DNA of 64,000 nt from an uncultured Chloroflexia bacterium. Lineage in GTDB: Bacteria; Chloroflexota; Limnocylindria; QHBO01. The stretch lies in assembly GCA_963827475.1 (NCBI GenBank), contig CAWHAZ010000005.1:32001-96000 (forward strand). The letters are read 5' to 3'. Shown one piece after another: positions 31,759 to 41,362 of the stretch; within the stretch, counting starts at the first letter, position 1; the number at the start of each line of letters is the position of its first letter. Made by a program: the position numbers and the translations under genes. The notes below the pieces were generated by a model, which made no database searches, was not told the DNA's origin, and saw only the letters and a list, made by a program, of their open reading frames with translations.

Positions 31759-32140
31759 CCAATCCTCCTCCAATACTTCCGAGCGGCGCGCAGCGCCACT
31801 TCCCGGAAGAAGTGTGCCGGGCATCATAGGGGCGACTCCGTGGGGTTGGCAAGGACCGTGCCCGGTACCAAGCCCTAGGGGCCGACCCCGAGGGCGAGTT
31901 CAATCTGCCGTTCTTTTCGACCCTTCGCCGGGTCACCCGGGCGGGCGTGGTACCATTGCAGCCGGCTCCCCTGTGGATGTCCCGATCCTCCGCCGCCGCG
32001 GAACCAACGGTTCGCGAAGCGGAGGCGCTGCCCAAGCCGCGCCACGATCGTCGCCACCTGGCGACATCGGTCGAGCGCGAAAGCAGCCGGGCTCACTGGT
32101 CGGGTGCCACCGCTCATCACATACAAGGAGAAAGCTCACC

Positions 32141-33560
32141 GTGAGCAAGAACGTGGCCGTCTTCGTTGACGTTGCCAACCTCTATTACGCCGCCCGCGGC
32201 CAGGACGTGGACGTCGACTACGTGGCGCTGCTGAAGCACGCCACCAAGGGGCGCGACCTCATTCGCGCCTATGCCTATTCCGGGCTCGACCCGGAGAACG
32301 AGAACCAGAAGAAGTTCCTGGACTTCCTGGGCAAGAACGGCTACCGGGTGGTGGCCAAGGACATCCGCAAGTTCGGCGACGGCCGGGTCAAGGCCAACCT
32401 CGACATCGAGCTGGTGGTCGACCTGTTCCGCCTGCGCGACCGGATGGACGTCGCGGTCATCGTGTCCGGAGACGGCGACTTCGCCCCGGCGATCCGTGCC
32501 CTCCAGGACGAGGGCGTCCGCTGCGAGGTCATCAGCTTCAAGCCGAACACCAGTTCGGACCTGTTCGCCGTGGCGGACGAGTTCGTCGACGTCATGAAGA
32601 TCAGCGCGATCGGGCGGGCGAAGGACACCAAGGGCGTCGGCGCCCCGGAGATGCCGGCCAAGGAGGTCAACCCCGACGTTGGCTTCCGTGAGGCGTCACC
32701 CTCCGTTGCGGCCGCGGCCCTGGCAGCCGCGCGAAGCAACGGCGACGAGCCCACAGCGCGGGGTCGCGGACGTGGCACGGGACGCGGCCGGCCGGCCGCA
32801 GCTACTGGCGGTCGTCGACGGTCGCGTGCCGCTGACGCCGAGCCGGCGACTGTCGCCGAGGGCGCCAGCAGTGACGTTGCGCCGACGGCGGCCCCGGCGA
32901 ACGGAGACGACGACTCCGCCGCGGGTCGGCGCCGCCGGCGGCGAGGCGGTCGTGGTCGCGGACGCCGCGGACGGCGGGGCGACCTGCCGGAGACGGCCGA
33001 GGCCGGGGTCGAGGGCCGGTGTTGAGCCGGCTGAGATCCAGTGGCAGGAGATCGACAGCCTGGACGAGCTGAATGGCGGTTCAAGCAGCCCCGCGTCTGA
33101 CGGCGACCTCACCTTCGAGGAGGCGGATGCCGCCACGCTGGCCGAGCTCGGCCTGACGCCACCTCCCGTCGCTCCGGTCGACACGGCCGTAACCGAGCCC
33201 GCCGCCGAGGCGGTCGCCAAGCCTCGGTCGCGGGCACGCGCCACGACCGCGAAGGCGCCAACCGCGTCGAGCGGTGGCAAGACCACCCGCAAGACGTCGA
33301 CGACCACGAGTGGCGGAAAGACCGCTGCCAAGGCCGCTCCGAAGGCGGCAGCCAAGGCCACCAAGGCCGAGACGCCGGTCAAGACGGCCGAGACGGCCAA
33401 GGCGCCCAGTGCGCGCGGCAGCCGCGCGAAGAGCGGAAGTGCGTCGAAGGCCCCGCCGGCCGACGGCGACGGAGCCGCCGATCAGGGCATCTGGCAGCGA
33501 TTCACGTCTGGCCGCACGACGCGCAAGCGGCCGGTGAAGGAGCCCCCCGCCGAGGGCTAG
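32141..33560 (+). CDS. NYN-domain (LabA/DUF88) protein with long low-complexity tail (frameshift near 33020)
   Basis: VFVDVANL, KANLDIELVVD, VSGDGDF, DEFVD; AAGGAG RBS. Confidence 0.85.
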
Positions 33561-34150
33561 CCCTCGGACTCGACCTCGGTCTTCTCGGTCTTCTCGGTCT
33601 TCTCGGGAGCCTCGGTGCTCCCGCCGTTGCCGTTGGTCGACGGGACGTTGACCGGGATCCACTCGCCGGCCGCCTCCGCGGCTTCGCGGGCTCGCGACGC
33701 GAGCTCCTCGCGGGTCTCGGCACCCGGCTTGGGGGCCGTCAGCATGGCGATCAGCATGCCGGTCAGGCCGCCGATCACGATGCCGGCCAGGAAGGCGCCC
33801 CAGTGGCGCTCCGACTTCGGCCGGATCCCGAGCTCGGCCGCCGCGTCTTCGATCAGTTCGCGACTGGCCGGAACGGCCGCGCCGACAGCGCCCAGGGCAA
33901 CCGTGCGCCGGCTCCACAGCCGCCGAAGACCCGGACGGATGTCCTTGCGCCACGCCTGCCGCCACCATTTGCCGAGCTCGCGGCCCTGGCGCTCGATGGT
34001 CTTCGCGGCGTCGCGGCGGACCGGCTCCGACTCGCGCCAGGCCGCCGCCGCGCGATCAGCAGCCTCCTCGGCCGCCTGCGCGATCGCCTCCGCGATGGCC
34101 TGCGCGCGAGATTCCAGCTCCGGTTCCTTGATGTCGATCTTGGTCCCCAT
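33557..34150 (-). CDS. YtxH-domain protein
   Basis: FLAGIVIGG...AMLTAPKPGAETREEL. Confidence 0.8.
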   Translation of the reverse strand: MGTKIDIKEPELESRAQAIAEAIAQAAEEAADRAAAAWRESEPVRRDAAKTIERQGRELGKWWRQAWRKDIRPGLRRLWSRRTVALGAVGAAVPASRELIEDAAAELGIRPKSERHWGAFLAGIVIGGLTGMLIAMLTAPKPGAETREELASRAREAAEAAGEWIPVNVPSTNGNGGSTEAPEKTEKTEKTEVESEG

Positions 34151-34365
34151 GTCCGCCCTCTGGGTGCGTGATATCGAGGCCAGTATGCCACCGACCGACG
34201 GGAAGCGCCCCAGGCCCGACTGGCGCCCCGGGGGTCGTCGATCCGCACGGCGAACCGATTGCCAGTCGGTCGCCCGGGTCAGGCCCGGGCGACCCCCAGG
34301 GCACGTGGGCGCCCAGCCTGGCACGCCCCGCTGACCAGCCGCTTAGCCCGCCTATACTCGGCCCG

Positions 34366-35481
34366 GTGAGTACCGCGGCCGCCCAGCGAGGCTTCCTGAC
34401 CATCGGTCAGCCGGTTGCGGAGCGCCTCGCCCACCGGATGCTGACCGACGGATCCCTCCCGCCGACGCTCCTCGTCCACGGTCCCCAGGGCGCGGGCAAA
34501 GGATCGTTCGTCGACGACCTGCTGGCGACGGCCCTGTGCGAGGCGAAGGACCCGTCTGCCCGGCCCTGCAACGCCTGTCCCGGCTGCGAGATGGCGCGTT
34601 CGCGAACTCATCCGGACCTGGTCATCGCGTCTCCGGCGACGTGGCGCGACGACCGGGGGAGCGGCGAGAGCATCGTCGGTGCTGCGCGCCGCTGGCTGGC
34701 GGACGTGGCCGGCGCCCCGATTCGCGGTCGATGGCGGGTCATCGTCGTCGAGCAGGCAGATGCGGCCAGCGAGCAGGTCCAGAACGCCCTGCTCAAGGCC
34801 CTCGAGGAACCCACCGCGCGACAGCTGTTCATCCTGGTCGCGGACGATCCCCGCCGGCTGCTCCCCACCATTCGATCCCGCGCCCTGGCTCTCAGGCTCG
34901 GCCCCGTGCCGCGGGAGGCGCTGGCCCAGTGGCTTCTCGACCGCCGGCCGATGACCGATGAGCAGGCCGCCGCGCTCGTGCGCCTGGCCGACGGCCGGGT
35001 GGGGATGGCCCTGACCCTGGCCGACAACCCCGCGCTGGTGGAGTGGCGCCGACGGACGCAGCGCGAGCTGCTGGCCCTGCTCGATCGCGGGCGCTCGGAC
35101 CGCTTCGCCGCGGTCCGGGAGCTGCTCGACGATGCCGCGCGCCTCGCGCTGGGACCGGTCGAGACCGGGGATGCCGACGCGGCGGAGCCCGCCACCAAGA
35201 CGCCCACCACGGTCCAGCGCGCGGCCGCGACCGCGATCATCGGGGCGTGGGTCGACCTCGCGCGCGACCTCGCCGTGGCGGCCGCCGGATCCCCGGTCCT
35301 CGCCGGCTCGACCGAGCTCGTCCCGGACCTCATCCAGGCCGCTGGACGCCGCGCTCCGGGCGAGTGGGTCACTGTCACGATCCGCCTGGAAGGGATCCGT
35401 GCAGCCCTCGAGGAGAACGTGAGCCCCCGCCTGGCCCTGGAGACGGCCATGCTGGCGTGGCCCCAGATCTCGGATCGGTGA
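34366..35481 (+). CDS. holB: DNA polymerase III delta' subunit-like protein
   Basis: GPQGAGK, CNACPGC, THPDL, NALLKALEEP, LLPTIRSR. Confidence 0.85.
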   Translation: MSTAAAQRGFLTIGQPVAERLAHRMLTDGSLPPTLLVHGPQGAGKGSFVDDLLATALCEAKDPSARPCNACPGCEMARSRTHPDLVIASPATWRDDRGSGESIVGAARRWLADVAGAPIRGRWRVIVVEQADAASEQVQNALLKALEEPTARQLFILVADDPRRLLPTIRSRALALRLGPVPREALAQWLLDRRPMTDEQAAALVRLADGRVGMALTLADNPALVEWRRRTQRELLALLDRGRSDRFAAVRELLDDAARLALGPVETGDADAAEPATKTPTTVQRAAATAIIGAWVDLARDLAVAAAGSPVLAGSTELVPDLIQAAGRRAPGEWVTVTIRLEGIRAALEENVSPRLALETAMLAWPQISDR

Positions 35482-35762
35482 CCGCGCCCCAGCGGCTCAC
35501 CGCCCGCATCCGCGGGCGCGTCCAGGGCGTCGGCTACCGCTGGTGGGCGGTCGACACCGCCACCCGGCTGGGGCTCGTCGGCTGGGTCCGCAACGCCGAT
35601 GACGAACGGGCGGTGGAGCTGGTCGCCGAGGGTGACCCGGCCGCGCTCGACGCGCTGCTGGCGCGCCTGGGCAGCGGTCCGACCGGCGCCGTCGTCGACG
35701 CGGTGGAGTCCGATCGCGGACCGGCGGCCGGTGGGCTGCATCGCTTCGAGGTCCGCCGGTGA
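35478..35762 (+). CDS. acyP: Acylphosphatase
   Basis: GRVQGVGYR, GWVRN. Confidence 0.92.
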   Translation: MTAPQRLTARIRGRVQGVGYRWWAVDTATRLGLVGWVRNADDERAVELVAEGDPAALDALLARLGSGPTGAVVDAVESDRGPAAGGLHRFEVRR

Positions 35763-36091
35763 ATTGGCGCCTGCTCGGTTGCGGGCTGCTCGCCGCAGCC
35801 GTGTTCGTCGCGCTGGGTGTCTGGGCGCTCACGCTGGCGATGGGGCGGATCGGGTGCCCGACCACGCTGAACTGGGACGACCAGACCTATGTCGCGGTCG
35901 GGGAGCCGACGCCGACCCCGAACCTCGGAGACGGAGAGCCGGTCCAATTGGGGGTCACCTTCGTGGGCGTGCTGACCCGAGAGGTCTACGGGCCTGCCGG
36001 GAGCACCGCGACCGCGGAGCCGGAGGATCGACCCGATCAGCTCGCCATGGCCTGCGGGGACCAGACCTTCCAGACCTACGCCTTACCCTGA
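35759..36091 (+). CDS. Hypothetical exported/membrane-anchored protein
   Basis: N-terminal TM, overlaps the acyP stop. Confidence 0.6.
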   Translation: MNWRLLGCGLLAAAVFVALGVWALTLAMGRIGCPTTLNWDDQTYVAVGEPTPTPNLGDGEPVQLGVTFVGVLTREVYGPAGSTATAEPEDRPDQLAMACGDQTFQTYALP

Positions 36092-37093
36092 GGTCGGCCG
36101 TTCCGATCCGAACAGACGGGCGTCGGCCGCCTCCGCGTAGCGATCGGTCATCCCGGACACGAAATCGCCGACCTGGGTCACCAGGTCGGCATCGGTCTGT
36201 CGGAAGCTCGGCGGGACATCGTCGGGATGGGCCAGGTGGTGGTCCATCAACCGGCGCAGGAGGTCGATGGCGACCTGCTGCTGCACCGCCTGCTCGGGCC
36301 GAAGGTAGACCCGCTCGAACATGAAGTCGCGCAGCTCGTGCATGAGACCGAGGGTTTCCGCGTCCATCCCGATCTCGCCGGCCCGCAGGCTCTCGTCGAT
36401 CACCGCCGTGATGAGCTCGCCGATCCACTGTCGACCGGGAGGACCCAGGCGCTCGAGCAGGTGGGGCGGGAAATCGGCCTCCGCCAGGACACCCGCCCGC
36501 AGGGCGTCGAGCGCGTCGTGGGTCAGGTACGCGATCCGGTCCGCGTACCGAACGCAGAGCGCCTCCGGGGTGGCGGGCGGCGGCGTGATCTTCCAGGTGT
36601 GGGCCCGGATGCCGTCTCGCACCTCCCAGCTGAGGTTCAGGTCCTCGAGGACCTCGTACAGGCGGACGCTCTGCGCGGCGTGGTGCCAGCCATCCGGCGG
36701 GAAGTAGGGGGACAGGGCGTCCTCGCCGGTGTGGCCGAAGGGGGTGTGGCCCACGTCATGGCCCAGGGCGATGGCCTCGGCCAGCGCCTCGTTGAGGGCC
36801 ACCGCGGCGGCCAGTGAACGGGCGATCTGGGCAACCTGGAGGGTGTGCGTCAGCCGGGTGACGTAGTGGTCGCCCTCCGGGTTGAGGAAGACCTGGGTCT
36901 TGTGCTTGAGCCGGCGGAATGCCTTGGAATGGATGATCCGATCCCGATCGCGCTCGAACGCGGTGCGGAATGGATCCGGCTCCTCGGGGCGCACGCGGCC
37001 GCGCGACGCCGCCGAGCGGGTCGCCATCGGCGACAGCTGGCCAGCCTCCTCGGCTTCTCGCGCCGGTCGGTCCCGGCGCTTCAGCGCTCCCAC
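36083..37093 (-). CDS. dGTP triphosphohydrolase-like HD protein
   Basis: RDRDRIIHSKAFRRLKHKTQVF, TRLTH, HDVGHTPFGHTGE, SGMTDRYA. Confidence 0.92.
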   Translation of the reverse strand: MGALKRRDRPAREAEEAGQLSPMATRSAASRGRVRPEEPDPFRTAFERDRDRIIHSKAFRRLKHKTQVFLNPEGDHYVTRLTHTLQVAQIARSLAAAVALNEALAEAIALGHDVGHTPFGHTGEDALSPYFPPDGWHHAAQSVRLYEVLEDLNLSWEVRDGIRAHTWKITPPPATPEALCVRYADRIAYLTHDALDALRAGVLAEADFPPHLLERLGPPGRQWIGELITAVIDESLRAGEIGMDAETLGLMHELRDFMFERVYLRPEQAVQQQVAIDLLRRLMDHHLAHPDDVPPSFRQTDADLVTQVGDFVSGMTDRYAEAADARLFGSERPTSG

Positions 37094-37249
37094 TCCCCGA
37101 TCATGGCCGATCCGGGCCCATTCCCGCCGCCGCGGAGCGGTCCGGGCGGTCCCTTCGTACTGGGCAATCAGGGTTAGGGTAGATTGCGGGTAGGTCCGGT
37201 AGGGTGGCCACCAGGGTTTCCACGCCGTGTCAGGAGGTCGCCCACGAGC

Positions 37250-40234
37250 ATGTCGATGATGTCAGGCCGGTTCCGACGCGTGGTCGTCGGCATGGTGGCG
37301 GCGGTCGCCGTCGTTGGCCTGGCACCCGCAGCCCCGTCTCCGGATGCCGGACCGGTCAAGGTCGGCGCATCCGAGACGACCCATGCCGTCGAGCGCAGCC
37401 ACGACTTCCGCCTCGAGCCCGGCACGACGCACATCGCGATCCGGTGGTCCGGCCATCCGACGGCGACCGTCCATGCCGCCTTCAGCGCGGACGGGGCGAC
37501 CTTCGAGGACCCCATCCACGTCGAGATCGACGAGGTCGGCATGTATCGCCGGGATGGGGTCACCTACGGCGCGGTGATCGGTGTGACCGACATGCGGGCG
37601 GTGCGCGTCACCGCCGACCGTCCGCTCGCCCAGGTCACCGTCCTCTCGCTGGACGCGGCCGCGGACGTCCAGCCCGCCCTTGGTCTTGGCGCGGATGCCG
37701 CAGGACTGAACACGATTCCCGGGGTGATCCCGCGTGCCGGTTGGGGGGCGGACGAGACGATCCGCTTCGACGCGTGGGGCGAGGAGCGATGGTGGAGCCA
37801 GTACTTCCCGCTCCAGAAGCTCATCGTCCACCACACCGCCGGAGCGAACGGGGACACGAATCCGGCGGCGACGATGCGGGCCATCTACCACTACCACGCG
37901 GTCACCCAGAACTGGGGTGACATCGGCTACAACTACCTCGTCGACGCCCAGGGCCGGATCTACGAGGGGCGCCATTCGCGGGAGTACTGGAACGGCACGT
38001 CGCCGACCTCCGACAACGCGGCCGGCCAGGTCATCTCGGGCGGGCACGCGCTGTACCACAACGCCGGAACGATGGGCATCGCGCTGCTGGGGACGTTCAC
38101 GTCCTCGGCGCCCACTGCCGCGGCGCGGGCGTCGCTGGTCAACCTGCTGGCGTGGGCCGCGAGCACCCACGGCATCGACCCGAACGGGGCCACGACCTAC
38201 CTCAACCCGGTGAACGGGTACAGCCGAACCACGTACAACATCGCGGGTCATCGCGACTACAACCAGACCGGCTGCCCGGGGCTGGCGCTGTACAACCTCC
38301 TGCCGTCGATCCGCGCCTCCGTCGCGGGCCTGGTGAACACCTGGCCCGGCGAGGTGTACAACCCACCACGGCAGCTCACCCTGGCGGCAGGGACGCACGT
38401 CGGGTATCGCTTCAACTCGTCCGGGACGGTCATCGCCTCGCTTCCGTACAGCCTCGGGTCGGCGTCGTCCGCGCCGGTGAACCAGCGCGCCACGGTCCCG
38501 AACCAGTCCGGGAACTGGTACTACGTCACCGCAGGCGTGTGGGCCGGCTACTGGATGTCCGCGTCGCCCTCGGCGGTCGGGCCGGCGCCACCGGCCGTGG
38601 TGGCCGCGTCGTATCGGCCCTGGCGGCCATTGACCCTCGCGCCGGGCACGTACACCGGATACCGGTTCGACACGTACGGCAACGTCACCGGGTCGCGGGC
38701 GGCGACCCTCGGAGGATCCGCGATGGTGCCCACCACCGAGAAGAGCACCATCCCGAACCTGCCGGGGAGCTGGTACTACGTCACCGCCGGCACGTGGTCC
38801 GGCTACTGGATCGCCGAGCAGGCCGGGACGTCGCTCGGCACGCTGCCCATGGCCCAGTTCTTCTCCTCGTTCACCGCCGGGATCGCGCCCCTGACCGTCG
38901 CGTTCACGAACACCTCGATCACGTACGGGTCGGCGAGCTGGGCCTGGGACTTCGACTCGGACGGGTCGGTCGACTCCACGCAGAAGGACCCGACCTACAC
39001 CTACCCCGCGCCGGGCACGTACTCGGTGACCATGACGGTGTCGGACGGGCTGGGCACCGACACCGAGACGAAGACCAACCACGTCACCGTGCGGCCGTCG
39101 CAGGAAGGCACCTACGTCCCGTTGCCGCCCTCCCGGATGCTGGACACCCGGTTCGGCATCGGGCTCAGCGGACCATTCACCGCCCACGCGCCGCGGACCT
39201 TCCAGGTCGCCGGCCTCGGCGGTGTGCCGGCCAATGCCGTGGCGGTGACCGGCACCCTGACCGTCACCGGCCAGAGTGGCGCCGGGTACGTGTACCTCGG
39301 TCCGGATCCGACCACGGTCCCGGCCAGCTCGACGGTGAACTTCCCGGCCGGCGACACGCGGGCCTCCGGGGTGACGGTGGCGCTCGGCCCGGGCGGGATG
39401 CTGGCGGCGACCGTCGGCGGCGCGGCATCGGCCCACCTCGTGTTCGACGTGACCGGCTACTTCGTGCCCGGCGGCTCGGGGAGCACCTACGTCCCCGCTG
39501 CCGCCGGCGCGGCTGGTCGACACCGCGGTCCGGGAACGGCCTGAGCGGACCGTTCACCGCCCATGACCCCGCGGACGTTCCAGGTCGCCGGGGTGGGCGG
39601 GGTGCCGGCCACCGCGGTGGCGGTCACCGGCATCCTGGCCGTCACCGGCCAGAGCGGCGCGCGGGTTCTTCTACCTCGGCCCGGCGCCGGTCACCAGCCG
39701 ACCAGCTCGACCCTGAACTTCCCGGCCGCCGACACGCGAGCCACCGGGGTGACGGTCGCCCTCGGCCCGGGCGGAACCCTGAGCGCGACGTTCGGCTACG
39801 CCGGCAGCACCCATCTGGTGTTCGACGTGACCGGCTACTTCGTGCCCGATGGCTCCGGCGCGGCCTACGTCCCGCTCTCGCCCGTCGCGCCTGTTGGACA
39901 CCCGGACCGGCAACGGCCTGAGCGGACCGTTCACGGCGCATGACGCCGCGGACGTTCCAGGTGGCGGATCGCGGCGGCGTGCCGGCGGGCGCGGTGGCGG
40001 TCACCGGCAACCGCGACCGTCACCGGGCAGAGCGGCGCCGGGCTACGTCTTCGTCGGTCCGTCCCCGATCTCCGCAGCCGACCACCTCGACGCTGAACTT
40101 CCCGTGGGGCGACACGCGGGCGAACGGGGTGACGGTCGCCGCTCGGCCCGGACGGCACCCTGAGCGCGACGCTCGGTCCATCGGGCACGACCCACCTGAT
40201 CTGGGACGTCACCGGCTTCTTCTACGTGCCGTAG
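37250..40234 (+). CDS. Secreted N-acetylmuramoyl-L-alanine amidase (Amidase_2/PGRP) with PKD domain and three C-terminal repeats; multiple frameshifts after about 39500
   Basis: Signal peptide, IVHHTAG, WGDIGYNYLVD, IYEGR, GHRD...TGCPG; PKD SWAWDFDSDG...PTYTYPAPGTYSVTMTV. Confidence 0.88.
39108..40231 (+). repeat. Three ~375-bp internal repeats encoding YVPL..SRLLDTR...HLVFDVTGYF beta domains
   Basis: Recurrent DNA such as AGCGGACC(A/G)TTCAC, GAACTTCCCG and GACGT(G/C)ACCGGCT, three times each. Confidence 0.85.
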
Positions 40235-40261
40235 GGGTCGATCCGAGAGAGCGCGGGCACG

Positions 40262-40337
<76 letters not shown>

Positions 40338-40367
40338 GGGCTGCCGAGTGTAGCCCGAGATCGAAGG

Positions 40368-40515
40368 CAAAGCGAAGGCCCCTCCGAAGAGGGGCCTTCA
40401 TTGCTGCCGGATTCGCTAATCGCGGGGGCATCTGTCACGCGCGGTTTCCCGCACTACCCTTACCCAAACCTACCCATGACCCTGCGACCAGTGGTGAATC
40501 GCTGTGCGAACAGCG
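40368..40515 (-). ncRNA. Candidate orphan small RNA
   Basis: Minus-strand TTGACC-17-TATCAT promoter, long predicted stem, terminator hairpin with cUUCGg loop, no convincing ORF. Confidence 0.6.
40374..40399 (-). terminator. Terminator hairpin
   Basis: GAAGGCCCCTC-TTCG-GAGGGGCCTTC then GCTTT on minus strand. Confidence 0.75.
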
Positions 40516-40609
40516 AAGCGATGATATCCGACCCACCGGGTAGGGTCAACACTCTGGAATGAAGAATCCTTTACTTTTCGGAGCGGTAATTTCGTACCCG
40601 GGCCAGGCC

Positions 40610-41362
40610 TCAGGAGGGCGTACTTTCCGCCGCCACGACCTCCATCCCGTTGATGACGACCGGGTCGACGGGCACCCCGATGTTCGGGTGGTTGACCTCC
40701 ACCTGGCCGATGGCATCGACCACCTCGCGACCCTCGGTGACCGTCCCGAAGATCGAGTAGTTGCGCTCGGGGAACAAGCCGTCGAGGTCGACCAGGCAGA
40801 TGAAGAACTGGCTGCCGTTCGTGCCCGGCCGTGCCGCGTTGGCCATGGCCACCGCGTACGGGTCGTAGTTCACGCCCTCCGGCGGCACCTCGGTGTCGAA
40901 CCCATACCCGGGAGTTCCGCTCCCCAGTCCCTCGAAGTCGTCCTGGTTCTCCCGCGTGTTCGGGTCGCCGGCCTGGATCACGAACCCGGTCAGGACCCGG
41001 TGGAAGGTGACGCCGTCATAGAACCCGCAGCGGGCGAGCGCCACGAAGTTCGCGGCCGCGATCGGGGCTGAGTCGGGGAGCAGCTCGATGGTGAAGCTGC
41101 CGAGCGACGTTTCCACGATCACCCCGGTGACCCCGGCCAGAACCTCGGCGGCGTTCAACGGGGTCGGCGCCGCGGAGGCCGAGGGGTCGGCCGTGGTCGC
41201 GGGTGGCGGCTGGCTGGCCGACGGGCCGGCCGATGGGTTGGTCGCGGGCACGACCGGCGCGGTGGCGGGGCATTCCTCGGCCGGAGCCAATGGCAGGCCG
41301 CCGCCCTGGCAGGCCGTGAGCAGGACGACCGCCGCCAACCCGGCGCGGAGCGGCGACTTCAA
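40610..41362 (-). CDS. Cyclophilin-type peptidyl-prolyl isomerase lipoprotein
   Basis: Lipobox LTAC, FYDGVTFHRV, IQAGDP, AMANA, NGSQFFI. Confidence 0.92.
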   Translation of the reverse strand: MKSPLRAGLAAVVLLTACQGGGLPLAPAEECPATAPVVPATNPSAGPSASQPPPATTADPSASAAPTPLNAAEVLAGVTGVIVETSLGSFTIELLPDSAPIAAANFVALARCGFYDGVTFHRVLTGFVIQAGDPNTRENQDDFEGLGSGTPGYGFDTEVPPEGVNYDPYAVAMANAARPGTNGSQFFICLVDLDGLFPERNYSIFGTVTEGREVVDAIGQVEVNHPNIGVPVDPVVINGMEVVAAESTPS

